Shown piece by piece: positions 1 through 10,059 of a DNA stretch of 48,932 nucleotides (position 1 is the stretch's first letter; the number at the start of each line of letters is the position of its first letter). Location of the stretch: the IMG/VR virus record IMGVR_UViG_640753024_000009, one strand, 5' to 3'. Source of the stretch: a virus (Duplodnaviria > Heunggongvirae > Uroviricota > Caudoviricetes). The notes beneath the pieces are model-generated. The model was not told where the DNA came from. It saw nothing but the letters and a program-made list of their open reading frames with translations, and searched no databases. The position numbers and the translations under genes are program-made.

Positions 1-1011
1 TCAATCATCATCAATGATCACGGGTATATAATATTTTTTATTTCCGTATGCAAAATAAAGTTTTTCGTCTCCGCTGATGAAGTAAAACGCGGTCTTAGGT
101 TCTGCTCCTGTGGGTAGTTTACTCACTACAGCTGCTGCGGGCGGGAGATGCCCATCATGAAATATTGATCGGGCAATCCTATCAGCCCCAACGTATTGCA
201 GACCATTTGCAGCACCGTAGGGAAAGTCAATTTTTAGGCTAGAGGCGTTGTGATCGTAAATCTGCAAATAAGAATTTTCCTTGCGTTCTATATATGCGTC
301 AGGAAATATTCCTCCGGGACTCCAAAATGCTAATTGACCGTTTTTTTTGACCCCGTCAACTGTAGTGGAATAAATTCGGACAGAACGACCGAAGTATAAA
401 TCAAAGTCAGTATAGCATGATGCTGTATTTGTGTTGCCTGCTGAATTTTTCCCTATCTGGATATTGTTATTAAATGTCGCCGGTGAGTCAAACGTGGCAC
501 CCAACAAAAATGTCGCCAATTTTTTGAATTTGTTTTTTTCCAGAAATTCATTTTCCTTATCGAGTTTTGCGAATTTTGACGAGTCAAGACTGGCGGCTGC
601 CGCTGCTGCTGCTGCTGCGCTGTTCGCGCTGTTAGTTTCAGATGTGTGCGCCGCACTGGCGCTGGCGTCTGCTGCTGCTGCAGCATTTTTCGCAGCCGAT
701 ACTAGCTCTTGAATCTCCGCCAACGCAGCTGGCGTCAGTTCGTCTGCGCTAAAATTAGTCAAATAGTCGTTTAACGTGCCGTCAACACTGTCCGGGTTAA
801 CGTTAATCACGCCGAGATATGCCGCACTAGCAGTGACAACGTAAACTCCGGGATTCATATCAAATTTGTACTCACCCGCCGCGCCTGTTTCTTGCTCTAC
901 AACAGTGGTCATTACTACGCGTGAACTCGTGACCCGTGCTGTTAATACTAACTGAACGCCGACAACGGGCTCGCCGACCCCATTTGCGTATACACCCGAT
1001 ATTATTGCCAT
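1..1011 (-). CDS. Distal tail fibre protein, N-terminal 336 aa only (C-terminus beyond window edge)
   Basis: N-terminus MAIISGVYANGVGEPV resembles the lambda Stf-type prophage tail fibre N-terminal domain; Ala-rich linker; GGAG 10 nt upstream of ATG at 1011; directly follows the D gene. Confidence 0.7.
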   Translation of the reverse strand: MAIISGVYANGVGEPVVGVQLVLTARVTSSRVVMTTVVEQETGAAGEYKFDMNPGVYVVTASAAYLGVINVNPDSVDGTLNDYLTNFSADELTPAALAEIQELVSAAKNAAAAADASASAAHTSETNSANSAAAAAAAAASLDSSKFAKLDKENEFLEKNKFKKLATFLLGATFDSPATFNNNIQIGKNSAGNTNTASCYTDFDLYFGRSVRIYSTTVDGVKKNGQLAFWSPGGIFPDAYIERKENSYLQIYDHNASSLKIDFPYGAANGLQYVGADRIARSIFHDGHLPPAAAVVSKLPTGAEPKTAFYFISGDEKLYFAYGNKKYYIPVIIDDD

Positions 1012-1016
1012 TTCAT

Positions 1017-2060
1017 TTACTCCAGCGACAGTCGCGCAGAGAATCCGTTTTCAGCCAGCGTCAGCGTCAACGTATTGATTGTCCAGTCTCGGTCCTCCTC
1101 TGTCCCGAACCCTTGTGTTGTGACTTTGCATTCTGCAGTCAGCGATACTAAATCGAGCGTTGCTGGCGTTGTGTACGTCATGGAAAACTCTTTTTTAGCC
1201 GCACCTCCTTTTAGCCCCGGCGCGGCCTCTTTCGCTGCGTCGAGCGACGGCTCAACTGCCGGCCATTCAATGACAGGATCACCACCACTGCCTGTGCGCA
1301 GCTCCTTGATCTGCCCTGTTGCCGTATCGTGGTATTTGATCAGATATGTCGGCTCCGAATTTTCGCCACCTCCGCCACTATCGCCGTTTTGTCCATTTCT
1401 CGAATAACCCCAGCTGGAGTTATCACGACGCGTGAGCGTGTAGTGCAGAAGCGGTGCTCCGTTAACAGATTCGCCCGCGCCACGCGGCAGGAATATCCAG
1501 TACCCTCCTGCGGGTTTGCTCACCGCATCGAATCGTGTTGCTAGTCTCGACATCAGGTGCATATCTGACTCACCGACTTGATCGAGCTGCGTGATAATGT
1601 TGTCTGCAAACCGCTTTGATACGCGAGGTTTTAGCCCGTTATCGCTCGCTATTGTCGCAACGATATCGCTGACGGTGACGTCGCTCCATGAGCGCGTCTT
1701 TTTGCTCTGAACTGTTGGAGAGCCCTTTGCCGCGTTCATCGGAGCCGCTTTTGCTGTGAAATCAACTACCCGGGGTTCACCGCCACTGCTAGCACCGTCA
1801 ACGATGTATATGCCTTTATCAATTATCTGATTACCGAAACCGAGCCCAATGCTAATTTTCACTCCACGGGCCGGAATTTTCAGAGTTTCAGAAACTATTG
1901 CTACGCGGAGTTCGTCTGTCTGTTTACTGGAACCGCCGTAATCTGTCAGCGTGATATTGATCAAACCTTTTCTTATTTTATCCGTGATGTTTTTATTATC
2001 AGCAGATATATAAAAATTAGGTTTCCACGCCTCCACGCCAGTATTTACGTAATCACTCAT
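1017..2060 (-). CDS. P2 gpD-like tail protein (late control D family)
   Basis: 347-aa product; position after U and X in a P2-like tail operon; Gly-rich central region typical of gpD-like proteins. Confidence 0.75.
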   Translation of the reverse strand: MSDYVNTGVEAWKPNFYISADNKNITDKIRKGLINITLTDYGGSSKQTDELRVAIVSETLKIPARGVKISIGLGFGNQIIDKGIYIVDGASSGGEPRVVDFTAKAAPMNAAKGSPTVQSKKTRSWSDVTVSDIVATIASDNGLKPRVSKRFADNIITQLDQVGESDMHLMSRLATRFDAVSKPAGGYWIFLPRGAGESVNGAPLLHYTLTRRDNSSWGYSRNGQNGDSGGGGENSEPTYLIKYHDTATGQIKELRTGSGGDPVIEWPAVEPSLDAAKEAAPGLKGGAAKKEFSMTYTTPATLDLVSLTAECKVTTQGFGTEEDRDWTINTLTLTLAENGFSARLSLE

Positions 2061-2063
2061 TCA

Positions 2064-2276
2064 TCAATCCCATAATTGCGTTTCTTTTTTAACCGGTTCT
2101 GGTTCGATATCGGGTAAAACAATTTTTTCTCCAGCACGAAACACGGCACACATATCAGTTACGCCGTAATTCGAAACCTGATATAAAACAGTCTCTGTCG
2201 TTTTTGACGCTCTCCCGTAGACCGCAAAGCAGATTTGATCGAGACGGTCACCGTCCCGCGTCGTATATGTAATCAT
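2064..2276 (-). CDS. P2 gpX-like tail protein
   Basis: 70-aa product of typical gpX size, located between U and D. Confidence 0.65.
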   Translation of the reverse strand: MITYTTRDGDRLDQICFAVYGRASKTTETVLYQVSNYGVTDMCAVFRAGEKIVLPDIEPEPVKKETQLWD

Positions 2277-2535
2277 GATTATGAGGCCTCAAATGGAATT
2301 ATTTGCGTGGGTTATCGCTCTGTATATATGGTTAATGGCGAACCCGTTAATATCCATCATTTTATACGTAATACCGTTAGTAATTGCTCTAATAAGGGGA
2401 CATAAAAGCTGCGCAATGGTCGTTATTCTGAATATATTATTCGGATGGATATTTTTGATGTGGATCATTCTGTTGCTGTGGTCCGCTCTCGGTGATAAAA
2501 AACCGAAAGAAGTTCAATCCAGCGAAGCTCCGTAA
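2275..2535 (+). CDS. Small two-helix membrane protein, superinfection-immunity-like; antisense insert in the tail operon
   Basis: 86-aa product with two long hydrophobic segments (WVIALYIWLMANPLISIILYVIPLVIALI and VVILNILFGWIFLMWIILLLW); opposite strand to all flanking tail genes; no clear SD. Confidence 0.45.
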   Translation: MIMRPQMELFAWVIALYIWLMANPLISIILYVIPLVIALIRGHKSCAMVVILNILFGWIFLMWIILLLWSALGDKKPKEVQSSEAP

Positions 2536-2942
2536 TATTCGAGCGTGAGTGAAAAGTCCTGCGATTTTGGGGTCCCTCCTTTCAGAAAACTGTTTTGCGT
2601 TTCTGTTAACTCCCTGATAACCCAGTACCCCTTCACCTCCCCGGTCCCCAGCACCAGTTGCTGGGGTTCTCCCGAGTTCCCCAGCGCCCGCAAATCTGTT
2701 AACAAGCCAATGCCGCACCCATCAAGGAATAAGGCATTTATTTTCCCATCGATCGTGATTGTGGGGTTCGGTCGTCCGGTTATCTGCAATGCGTCGTTTT
2801 TTCCGAACCGTGTTTGCTGAGCCCAGCGCCAGGCGTCACTACGTTGCAGTTTGTTGTACGCTACTGTTGATATAGCAAAAATGAAATCACCCACGCCTAG
2901 CATGATATCCTCAGCACCGTTTATCGCATCACTCATTGTCAC
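2514..2942 (-). CDS. P2 gpU-like tail protein
   Basis: 142-aa product immediately downstream of the tape measure gene, as in P2. Confidence 0.7.
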   Translation of the reverse strand: MTMSDAINGAEDIMLGVGDFIFAISTVAYNKLQRSDAWRWAQQTRFGKNDALQITGRPNPTITIDGKINALFLDGCGIGLLTDLRALGNSGEPQQLVLGTGEVKGYWVIRELTETQNSFLKGGTPKSQDFSLTLEYYGASLD

Positions 2943-4579
2943 CCCGCCGCCGCTGGTTTATCAAACATCGCACCACGGTTGTACGAACTCGCAACTTGTC
3001 TCAGCCCGTCGAGCACACCCGATGCAGCAGCCTGCTGTGTTGATTGTGGATCTGCCGCTCCGATAATATTGATTTCAATTTTATTGTTTTGCTCTGGCGC
3101 TGGAGTTGCGACTGCTTGTCTCAGCGCGTCAATATTCAACGTTGCTGAGTTTTGTGATTCAGGCGTTGAGCCTTTATTTATTAATCCAGTAAACGGGTTA
3201 GCAAACGAGAGCAGTGATTCAGCCTGTGATTTTGCACGAGCAAGACGTTCAGGGTGTCGCATATTATCCACGGCTTCGGCGGCTTTTGCTTTTGCAACAT
3301 TATCCGCCGCCATTCCTGGGTTTGGTGAATATTTTCCTCCGCCATCCATGAATTCCTGATACGCCTTATTATATTCTTCGTTATATACGCGCTGCTCCTC
3401 GTCTGTTTTCTCGTCCGGTATTAACCACTCCAGTTTTTTTACGACTGCCCAAATTATTTTTCCGAATTTAACGCACGCCTCGCCAAAACTGACTATCCCC
3501 TCCCACATTTTTTTCATATTTTCTGGCTTAACCCATTCTTTAATACTATCAACAACCCCCCCTTGATTCTCTTTAAACCAGGATGCCAGCCCGTCTCGCA
3601 TAGCGTCAAACGTCGGCGCGAGTTCCCCTCCGATTTTCCCGAGAGTATCTGCCAGCCCCGATGTGATTGCCCCCCACAGATTCGTGACGGATACGTGCGC
3701 GCGCGCTGCACCCTCAGCCCCTTCTTTCGTTAGCAGGTTTGATTTTTGAGCGTCCGACAGAGTCTGCTCCCAGCTTTTACCAGTCGCCCGCATATAAGTC
3801 ATTATTTTATTAGCTTCCCCCCCCATGAGCTGATCAGCCAGACTCGCCGCCTGTTGATCATCCTTCATTTCAGAGATACGCCGCATAACTTCATTGAACT
3901 GTTTTTCTCGATCCCATTTAGCCATCCGTTTTTTTGTCAGGCCAATTTGAAACAACATGGGGTTCAGGTTTTTTTCGTTTCCAACCTCCCCGATTTTATT
4001 AGTCAACTCCTCCGACAGATCTCCTACGTTTTCGCCATTCAGCCCTGCAGCTTTACCAATATTTTCCCACGCAGCGTATTTTTCGATGCCAACACCGTAG
4101 GACTTCGCCAGACCGAGTTTTTCTGACGTCTCTGCATTCATTGCCAACGCGCCAGCAGCCGCGCCGCCGAGCAGACCCACGGCCCCCAGCGTCCCCCATT
4201 TGATACCCCGTCCCGTGGCCCTCACCGCACCTGCGGCGGCTCGCCCTCCCCATTTTGCAGCACCTTTTGCGCGCCCCGTCCACTTCTCCAGCCGCTGTTT
4301 TTTGGCGAGCTGAGTATTCAGAGCTTCCTGGTCCTGTGTTGTCGCTTTTATCCGACGGTCCAGCTTTTGATACTGAGCAGATAAATCAGAAACGTCTTTA
4401 CCCGCCAGTTTCATTGCTGCGATTTTGTCTTTTAATTTATCCTGGCTTTTCGTTAATTTTCCGACAGTAGACGACGTCTGCCGAATTGCATCGTTGAGTT
4501 CTGTTGTACCGCGCCGAAACGACGGGTCTATTCTTCCCCCAAATACAACCTGCGTTTTAAAGTTTTGAGAAATAGCCAT
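2939..4579 (-). CDS. Tail tape measure protein
   Basis: 546-aa product, Ala/Gly/Lys-rich with coiled-coil-like segments; located between tail chaperone and U; GAGG upstream of ATG. Confidence 0.75.
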   Translation of the reverse strand: MAISQNFKTQVVFGGRIDPSFRRGTTELNDAIRQTSSTVGKLTKSQDKLKDKIAAMKLAGKDVSDLSAQYQKLDRRIKATTQDQEALNTQLAKKQRLEKWTGRAKGAAKWGGRAAAGAVRATGRGIKWGTLGAVGLLGGAAAGALAMNAETSEKLGLAKSYGVGIEKYAAWENIGKAAGLNGENVGDLSEELTNKIGEVGNEKNLNPMLFQIGLTKKRMAKWDREKQFNEVMRRISEMKDDQQAASLADQLMGGEANKIMTYMRATGKSWEQTLSDAQKSNLLTKEGAEGAARAHVSVTNLWGAITSGLADTLGKIGGELAPTFDAMRDGLASWFKENQGGVVDSIKEWVKPENMKKMWEGIVSFGEACVKFGKIIWAVVKKLEWLIPDEKTDEEQRVYNEEYNKAYQEFMDGGGKYSPNPGMAADNVAKAKAAEAVDNMRHPERLARAKSQAESLLSFANPFTGLINKGSTPESQNSATLNIDALRQAVATPAPEQNNKIEINIIGAADPQSTQQAAASGVLDGLRQVASSYNRGAMFDKPAAAG

Positions 4580-4687
4580 CGGTTTTCATGACCTCGTTTA
4601 CATAGAAATTAAAAACCCGATACGGCAGGTCCATTTGCGTATCGGGCGGGATGGCAAGTTTTTTCGCAATAAACGGAATCAGAATAA

Positions 4688-4969
4688 CTATATCTGATGT
4701 CGGTCTTTCGGGTGCTTTACCAGTTCGTTAAACGCGGCCTCCAGTTGATCGTAATCGCACGCGGGGAGCGCATATAAATCCTCTCTCTCCAGATTTGCCA
4801 GGCGCGCCAGCATTGTCGCTGTCCGCTCTTCAAGACCGCTTTTATCGTTACTGAACATAATGCGGTCGCGTAATTTTGGTTCGCGAATAGTAATTGTATC
4901 GCAGCTCTCGCCCTTAATAATAAACGGTCGAGAGAGCGTAATAGTCATACTGTCTAATAAGGATTCCAT
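4688..4969 (-). CDS. Tail assembly chaperone (P2 gpE-like)
   Basis: 93-aa ORF between tail tube and tape measure genes; 108-bp gap before the tape measure gene is where a frameshift extension would lie. Confidence 0.55.
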   Translation of the reverse strand: MESLLDSMTITLSRPFIIKGESCDTITIREPKLRDRIMFSNDKSGLEERTATMLARLANLEREDLYALPACDYDQLEAAFNELVKHPKDRHQI

Positions 4970-4981
4970 TTTACTTACCTT

Positions 4982-5494
4982 TTAATATACATGAAGGATT
5001 CGAGCGACGCCCGCAAGAACATCAACACCGTTGATAACGCGTTTCATTTTTGCAGGATGAATTTCGTAAATAATTCGTCCATTTTGAACTCGTTTATAAT
5101 AGCTCGGCGCAATCGTTACTGATTGCCCCACTGACGATTTTGAATCAGTCCCCTGAGCGTCATCAGTGATTGCCGTAATAAGTCCCTCGTAGGTATCAAT
5201 ACGCTCAAAATTTATTCCATAGGAGTCTGTGTACGCACTACGAATTTCAAACCGCGTCTTGACTCCCGGTATTAACCCGAAATAGCTCATAACACCAGAA
5301 TCAGAACCCGAAACTTTAAAACTGGCTGACATTTTCTCCATACCGCCATCTAATGTGATGGCTGTATCCATCGCGCCTGTTTTAAACTCGTCCTCGATTA
5401 TTTTCATATCGACAGGAGTATATTCAGTACAATTTAAAACCCGTTCGCCCTGCACGAATAGCGCAAACGCGCGGTAAGCGTTGCTGTCTGACAT
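4982..5494 (-). CDS. Contractile tail tube protein (FII-like)
   Basis: 170-aa product immediately downstream of the sheath gene. Confidence 0.8.
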   Translation of the reverse strand: MSDSNAYRAFALFVQGERVLNCTEYTPVDMKIIEDEFKTGAMDTAITLDGGMEKMSASFKVSGSDSGVMSYFGLIPGVKTRFEIRSAYTDSYGINFERIDTYEGLITAITDDAQGTDSKSSVGQSVTIAPSYYKRVQNGRIIYEIHPAKMKRVINGVDVLAGVARILHVY

Positions 5495-5511
5495 ATTTAA
5501 TCTCCGAATTA

Positions 5512-7017
5512 TCAGGCTGTTTCTTTAAAAAGGGAGGCCAGCGCTTCAACTGTATAGTCATTATTAACGCGGTACATTAACGTAATTGTTTGTGCTGGAG
5601 ATTTCGGACCAAAATCAACATTAATATAAAGATTACCAGCGGCCAGACTTTCTTTTGTATTCAGCTCACCGTCTAACCACGCTCGCCCTCCGTTAATCGC
5701 ACCCTGCTCCTCTAATTTGTGCAGATATGCGTTTATCGACTCGACAACGTCTGTTCCGAGATGCAGGTCTATCGGGCGATCAATAAAATCTGTCATCATT
5801 GCCCGGGCTATAGAATCTTCAATTACGTCAGCTGTCCGACGAACGCATTCAAACGACCATTGTGGATCCAGACTGCACAGATAGTTACCCCAGTGCCGGA
5901 ATCCATCGTAGCGAATAATGGTGCTGACCTGGCTGGCGTTCAGCAGGTTCGCCGTACAGTTTGTCTCGCCAATAATGAAATCATCAACCTGCTCAAGCCC
6001 TGTTATTCCATAAATATTTTGATTCGACTTACTCCACCAAAACCCTTTTTCATTATCAATTCTGGCTCGTAAACCAGCAGCAATGGCTGAATATGGTCTT
6101 GATTGCCCGCCTACGTCGCTAGTTGAATAAACACGGGGACGCAACAACTCAGCACGTCCGCCGAGTTTTTGCCGGCGATTCACAACGTCTGCAGGGGTAG
6201 CTGCGCGCGGAGAGTCTATATAACACACCCCCCGGAGTTTATTTGCGACCACCTCAAGCTGAGCGGCTATCGCATCAATTGCGCTAAAATCTGGTGCAAT
6301 AATAATACGCGGTGTGACTTCGGTTAACTGTTTCGATTTTTCCAGCTGTTTGACACCGTCGATAATATTTTGCTGTTGTTTTGTTGTGTCTTTGTCATCT
6401 TTTACTCGTACAACAACAAGCAAGGCGTTGTCCTGATTGAAAATATCGGCAATATCTTTCGGCAACGTGCCGCGCTCACCCAGTAAAGCGGCTTTTTTTG
6501 GACTCCCGGCAACAAGTACGGGGGTATTAATTGGGAACGCCTCATCACTGCCGCCACTTAAATATTGCAACGGTGAGGCAGTCACATTTCCCGCGTCCTC
6601 CCCGACATCTACTGCCGTAATTGTTAAAAATAATTGGTCCGGAGGCGGGTTTGCTATTGTGACTGCCTGCACGATTTCTGCTGGGGTGTATCCGTGCGAG
6701 CCGGATGCCGGTGCGACTGATATTGATAAACGTCGACTCCCGTCGGGCATATCACTCCACAGTGCCGTGCAGCCGTCCGGATCGGTTTCGAGAATCTCTA
6801 CGCTCCATGAATTGCCCCTCACCCCCTGTCCCGTCGCCGTGAATTTAAGGCGGTTTTTTAAAATAGCACTCCCTGTTATTAACTCGGAACTGGTTGATTG
6901 CGCGGAATCCGGTGCAGTACCAACAATCCCGATAACTGAAATATCTACCGCGCTGATCTCTTTTGTGCCGTCGTCGTATTCTAGCGTGCGTGGGCCGTGC
7001 AAAAAATTAGTGCTCAT
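5512..7017 (-). CDS. Contractile tail sheath protein
   Basis: 501-aa product followed by tube gene; canonical sheath-tube pair. Confidence 0.8.
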   Translation of the reverse strand: MSTNFLHGPRTLEYDDGTKEISAVDISVIGIVGTAPDSAQSTSSELITGSAILKNRLKFTATGQGVRGNSWSVEILETDPDGCTALWSDMPDGSRRLSISVAPASGSHGYTPAEIVQAVTIANPPPDQLFLTITAVDVGEDAGNVTASPLQYLSGGSDEAFPINTPVLVAGSPKKAALLGERGTLPKDIADIFNQDNALLVVVRVKDDKDTTKQQQNIIDGVKQLEKSKQLTEVTPRIIIAPDFSAIDAIAAQLEVVANKLRGVCYIDSPRAATPADVVNRRQKLGGRAELLRPRVYSTSDVGGQSRPYSAIAAGLRARIDNEKGFWWSKSNQNIYGITGLEQVDDFIIGETNCTANLLNASQVSTIIRYDGFRHWGNYLCSLDPQWSFECVRRTADVIEDSIARAMMTDFIDRPIDLHLGTDVVESINAYLHKLEEQGAINGGRAWLDGELNTKESLAAGNLYINVDFGPKSPAQTITLMYRVNNDYTVEALASLFKETA

Positions 7018-7028
7018 TTATTTTACTC

Positions 7029-8177
7029 TCAATGACCTTCGTCTATAACGGTGCCGTAAATACCATTTTTGGCGTTCTGGAAAACCTGCACACCATATTC
7101 CTCAACGTCTTTCAGATTTGACGTAAATATGATGTCATTATCTATTCCTTCAATATTACATTTAACGCAGATATAATTGTGATCATATGAGTTAACGGTT
7201 CCGTGTTTATTCGGGTAATACGGATCTCGTATATTTAACATTTTTGATATATTCCCAATGGGAATTCGCTGCGCCATCACTAACGCATTTCCACTCGTTG
7301 CCGCTAACGTCATCCACGCACCGCACAAATAAGTTTCCACATCGGCGTTTACATTGGTTGGATTTATCGCGTACGGGGATACATCATAACCTGTTACGAT
7401 TGTCATCGCAGGAGTAACACTGACGTGGTCACCGCCGTATAACATAACCAGATTAAACGCCCCATCGCCGTTTGGTTTTGCAAATCCGGAACCTGTATTT
7501 ACATTCCCAGTAGCATCAGGCTGTATATTATTTACTGTAAGAACAGGTTTTGTTTTATTTATATTATTAATATCTTCATCAATATCAGTAAATTTGCTAT
7601 CAATCTCAGTTTTATCGTAATAATCGTCTAAATCAATACCGAGATTCTCCCGCCCTGCTCGTTGAGCGGATTCGCCCTTATTTTTAATTTCAGATAAATT
7701 TTTGCTTATCTGCAAATAGCGCTTATCAGCATCTGCCTGGTTCATTCCGCTACTGTTATCAATAACTACGTTAACAGTAGATGTGCTGGACACCGCGAGG
7801 GTGTATTTATACGTGATTGAAATCAGTGCGCCGTTACTGTCCGTAGGTTTTAAAATATCCGGCGAACGCGCTACAGAGTACAGTTCACCTTTGTCGGTTA
7901 ATATTCCCACCTCACGGATAGTATAGCCGCCGGTTTCCGGTGGTACGTATAGTGTAAAAATGACTTGATTACCGCTATTTTCTGACGATTTAATATCTCC
8001 GCGATACGTCTCGTGAATTAATGCCGTTCGGGCCGGGTCTGGCGTTACGTCGTCGTTTCCGTTCGCGTCACCAATAACGAATTTATTTAGCAGTACCGGC
8101 ACTCCTGACGCCAGCGCCGCAGCTTCTAACTGCGCGCCACGATCAGTTAACACAGCGTAAATTTTATTTTCAGCCAT
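7029..8177 (-). CDS. Tail fibre protein (P2 gpH-like N-terminal domain)
   Basis: N-terminus MAENKIYAVLTDRGAQLEAAALASG with LIHETYRG and YVPPETGGYTIREVGI motifs resembles the baseplate-attachment domain of P2 H-type fibres; follows baseplate gene I. Confidence 0.75.
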   Translation of the reverse strand: MAENKIYAVLTDRGAQLEAAALASGVPVLLNKFVIGDANGNDDVTPDPARTALIHETYRGDIKSSENSGNQVIFTLYVPPETGGYTIREVGILTDKGELYSVARSPDILKPTDSNGALISITYKYTLAVSSTSTVNVVIDNSSGMNQADADKRYLQISKNLSEIKNKGESAQRAGRENLGIDLDDYYDKTEIDSKFTDIDEDINNINKTKPVLTVNNIQPDATGNVNTGSGFAKPNGDGAFNLVMLYGGDHVSVTPAMTIVTGYDVSPYAINPTNVNADVETYLCGAWMTLAATSGNALVMAQRIPIGNISKMLNIRDPYYPNKHGTVNSYDHNYICVKCNIEGIDNDIIFTSNLKDVEEYGVQVFQNAKNGIYGTVIDEGH

Positions 8178-8796
8178 TTGGGTCTATCTCCACGTTTAAA
8201 CTAACAATTGGCGAGCCTGATATATATAATCCGCCATTTAATTTCACGCCACCATCACCATCTGCCGGTATATTTACGCCTATTTTCGCGTAAGATGTAC
8301 CAGCTATAAAAAACTCACCATCGACACCCGTTTCGAAATTTATTTCCTTTAATAATGAACGACAATTTTTTGCATCAAATATTTGTGCAATAAATGTATT
8401 CAATAGCTCTAAATCTAACCCCATACTTTTTAGCAGATATATTTTAATTGCGAATGTATACGGGTCGTCCCTGGGCGCGGCTTCAAACCACTCTCTCATT
8501 TTGCTCTCAAATCCAACTGTTAATAACGCTCGTTCAACAGCTCCACGCGTTCCGCGGTGCTTGTTCTGCCACGCAGCTGCTTTAATAATTTCGCGTTTTT
8601 GCTGCTCACTCCAGTCGGGGTTCCAGTACGTAACAGCATATTCCCATGCCAGCCAGGGTAATAAATCGGCGGGACATGTGTCTGGGTTTTTGATAATTCG
8701 AATATCGCCAGGCAGATCGCCAACGTGAGATAAAACAGATTCCAGCGCTCTCTCGGGGGTTATTGCGTTCGGAGGTAATACGCTTTGACTTGTCAT
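8170..8796 (-). CDS. Baseplate/tail protein I (P2 gpI-like)
   Basis: 208-aa product between J and the fibre gene, as in P2. Confidence 0.7.
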   Translation of the reverse strand: MTSQSVLPPNAITPERALESVLSHVGDLPGDIRIIKNPDTCPADLLPWLAWEYAVTYWNPDWSEQQKREIIKAAAWQNKHRGTRGAVERALLTVGFESKMREWFEAAPRDDPYTFAIKIYLLKSMGLDLELLNTFIAQIFDAKNCRSLLKEINFETGVDGEFFIAGTSYAKIGVNIPADGDGGVKLNGGLYISGSPIVSLNVEIDPNG

Positions 8797-8798
8797 GG

Positions 8799-9719
8799 CT
8801 ACCCCATTTGCACGCTGAGTTTGATTTCTGTGCAGTGCGGGGCCTGTCCGACGCCAGCGATCACGTCCTCTGTTGGCGATATCAGAATCACACGCTCAGT
8901 GCCGTCACGGTGTATCGCATCGTAAATTCCCGACAGAGCTGCCGTCGCCCCGATTTTATGTTGTGTAGCCACGTATATAGCTAAATCGCTCTGCGCGCCG
9001 TTGAGCAACACGTTCTGGTCGGGACCGAGCCCCGCTACGATAACGGCCTCAACCCGGTAATTCAGGTTCGACGCAGGTTTTACGGTCACGAAATCAGTTA
9101 GTGGCCGAGTGTCGTCAGGAGACAGGGCCGCATTCACTGTATTCAGTAGTGATTGCGGGGGTACACCGTCGCCTGTCCGGGACAAAACGTACATATCGAC
9201 GTACCCTGGCTGAGTCACAGGCGGGCCGTATGCCTGCGCTGACAGAACATCGGGATCACTCGATAGCGCGAAATAGTTATACGCGTTTGTACTGCCGGCA
9301 GTATTACGCGCGTACCATGATAGTTGTATGCGATGACGATACTCGTCGTCACTCTCGTAAACCGCTTCAGTCGGGGGGACTGAGTCGGGATTAGCTGGCG
9401 TTATCAACAGCCGCAGGCAGTCAAAATTAGCGCCAATCTGGTCGAGGTCAGTCCCTTTTGCAAACGCGAGCAATACAGCGAGCATCCCCTGATTTACCCG
9501 AGCTGTAATAATGATTTCTCTGTATGCAACTATTTCCAGCAGTTTAACTGCCGGGTCTGACTCCAGGAGTGCGTTAAATTGTGGATATAATATCTGCAGC
9601 TCTGACAGTAGATTAGATTTAACATCTGAAAATAACGGGGTTTTAACGAATGCTGGCGGCGGCAGCAGACTCATATCAATAGTTTTCACTATCGAGTTCT
9701 GAACTGTTGATGTTATCAA
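8799..9719 (-). CDS. Baseplate protein J (P2 gpJ-like)
   Basis: 306-aa product (P2 J is about 300 aa) downstream of W. Confidence 0.8.
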   Translation of the reverse strand: MITSTVQNSIVKTIDMSLLPPPAFVKTPLFSDVKSNLLSELQILYPQFNALLESDPAVKLLEIVAYREIIITARVNQGMLAVLLAFAKGTDLDQIGANFDCLRLLITPANPDSVPPTEAVYESDDEYRHRIQLSWYARNTAGSTNAYNYFALSSDPDVLSAQAYGPPVTQPGYVDMYVLSRTGDGVPPQSLLNTVNAALSPDDTRPLTDFVTVKPASNLNYRVEAVIVAGLGPDQNVLLNGAQSDLAIYVATQHKIGATAALSGIYDAIHRDGTERVILISPTEDVIAGVGQAPHCTEIKLSVQMG

Positions 9720-10057
9720 AATATCAGCTCCATATTATTAAACTCTAATCGCTGTTGTGTTTCGATATCTGTTGCGATAATTAATATTGTTATTTTCCCG
9801 ATATCCACTGCTAACACATTTATTCTGTCAATTCTGACGCGTGGTTCCCAGCGTGCTATTGCGCCAGCGCTTTCCATAATTATCCGCATAGCAAGTGATG
9901 GATCTGTGGGATTATCAACAAGGTCAAATAATTTGCTTCCATATTCCGGCAGCATTACACGGGTTCCCAGCGGGGTCGTTAAAATATCAACGATAGACTG
10001 ACAAATGTGATCAGTCCCCGATAAAGGCTTACCGGTGTCACGGTTCATTCCAAACAT
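9716..10057 (-). CDS. Baseplate protein W (gp25/GPW family)
   Basis: 113-aa product between V and J; size and position match GPW-family baseplate wedge proteins. Confidence 0.8.
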   Translation of the reverse strand: MFGMNRDTGKPLSGTDHICQSIVDILTTPLGTRVMLPEYGSKLFDLVDNPTDPSLAMRIIMESAGAIARWEPRVRIDRINVLAVDIGKITILIIATDIETQQRLEFNNMELIF

Positions 10058-10059
10058 AT

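Noticed and set aside
4580-4700. Programmed -1 frameshift extension of the tail chaperone (P2 E/E-prime style)
   Set aside because: No slippery heptamer found within the end of the chaperone ORF; the A AAA AAC-like run at 4657-4663 lies downstream of its stop codon, so a frameshift product cannot be supported from sequence alone.
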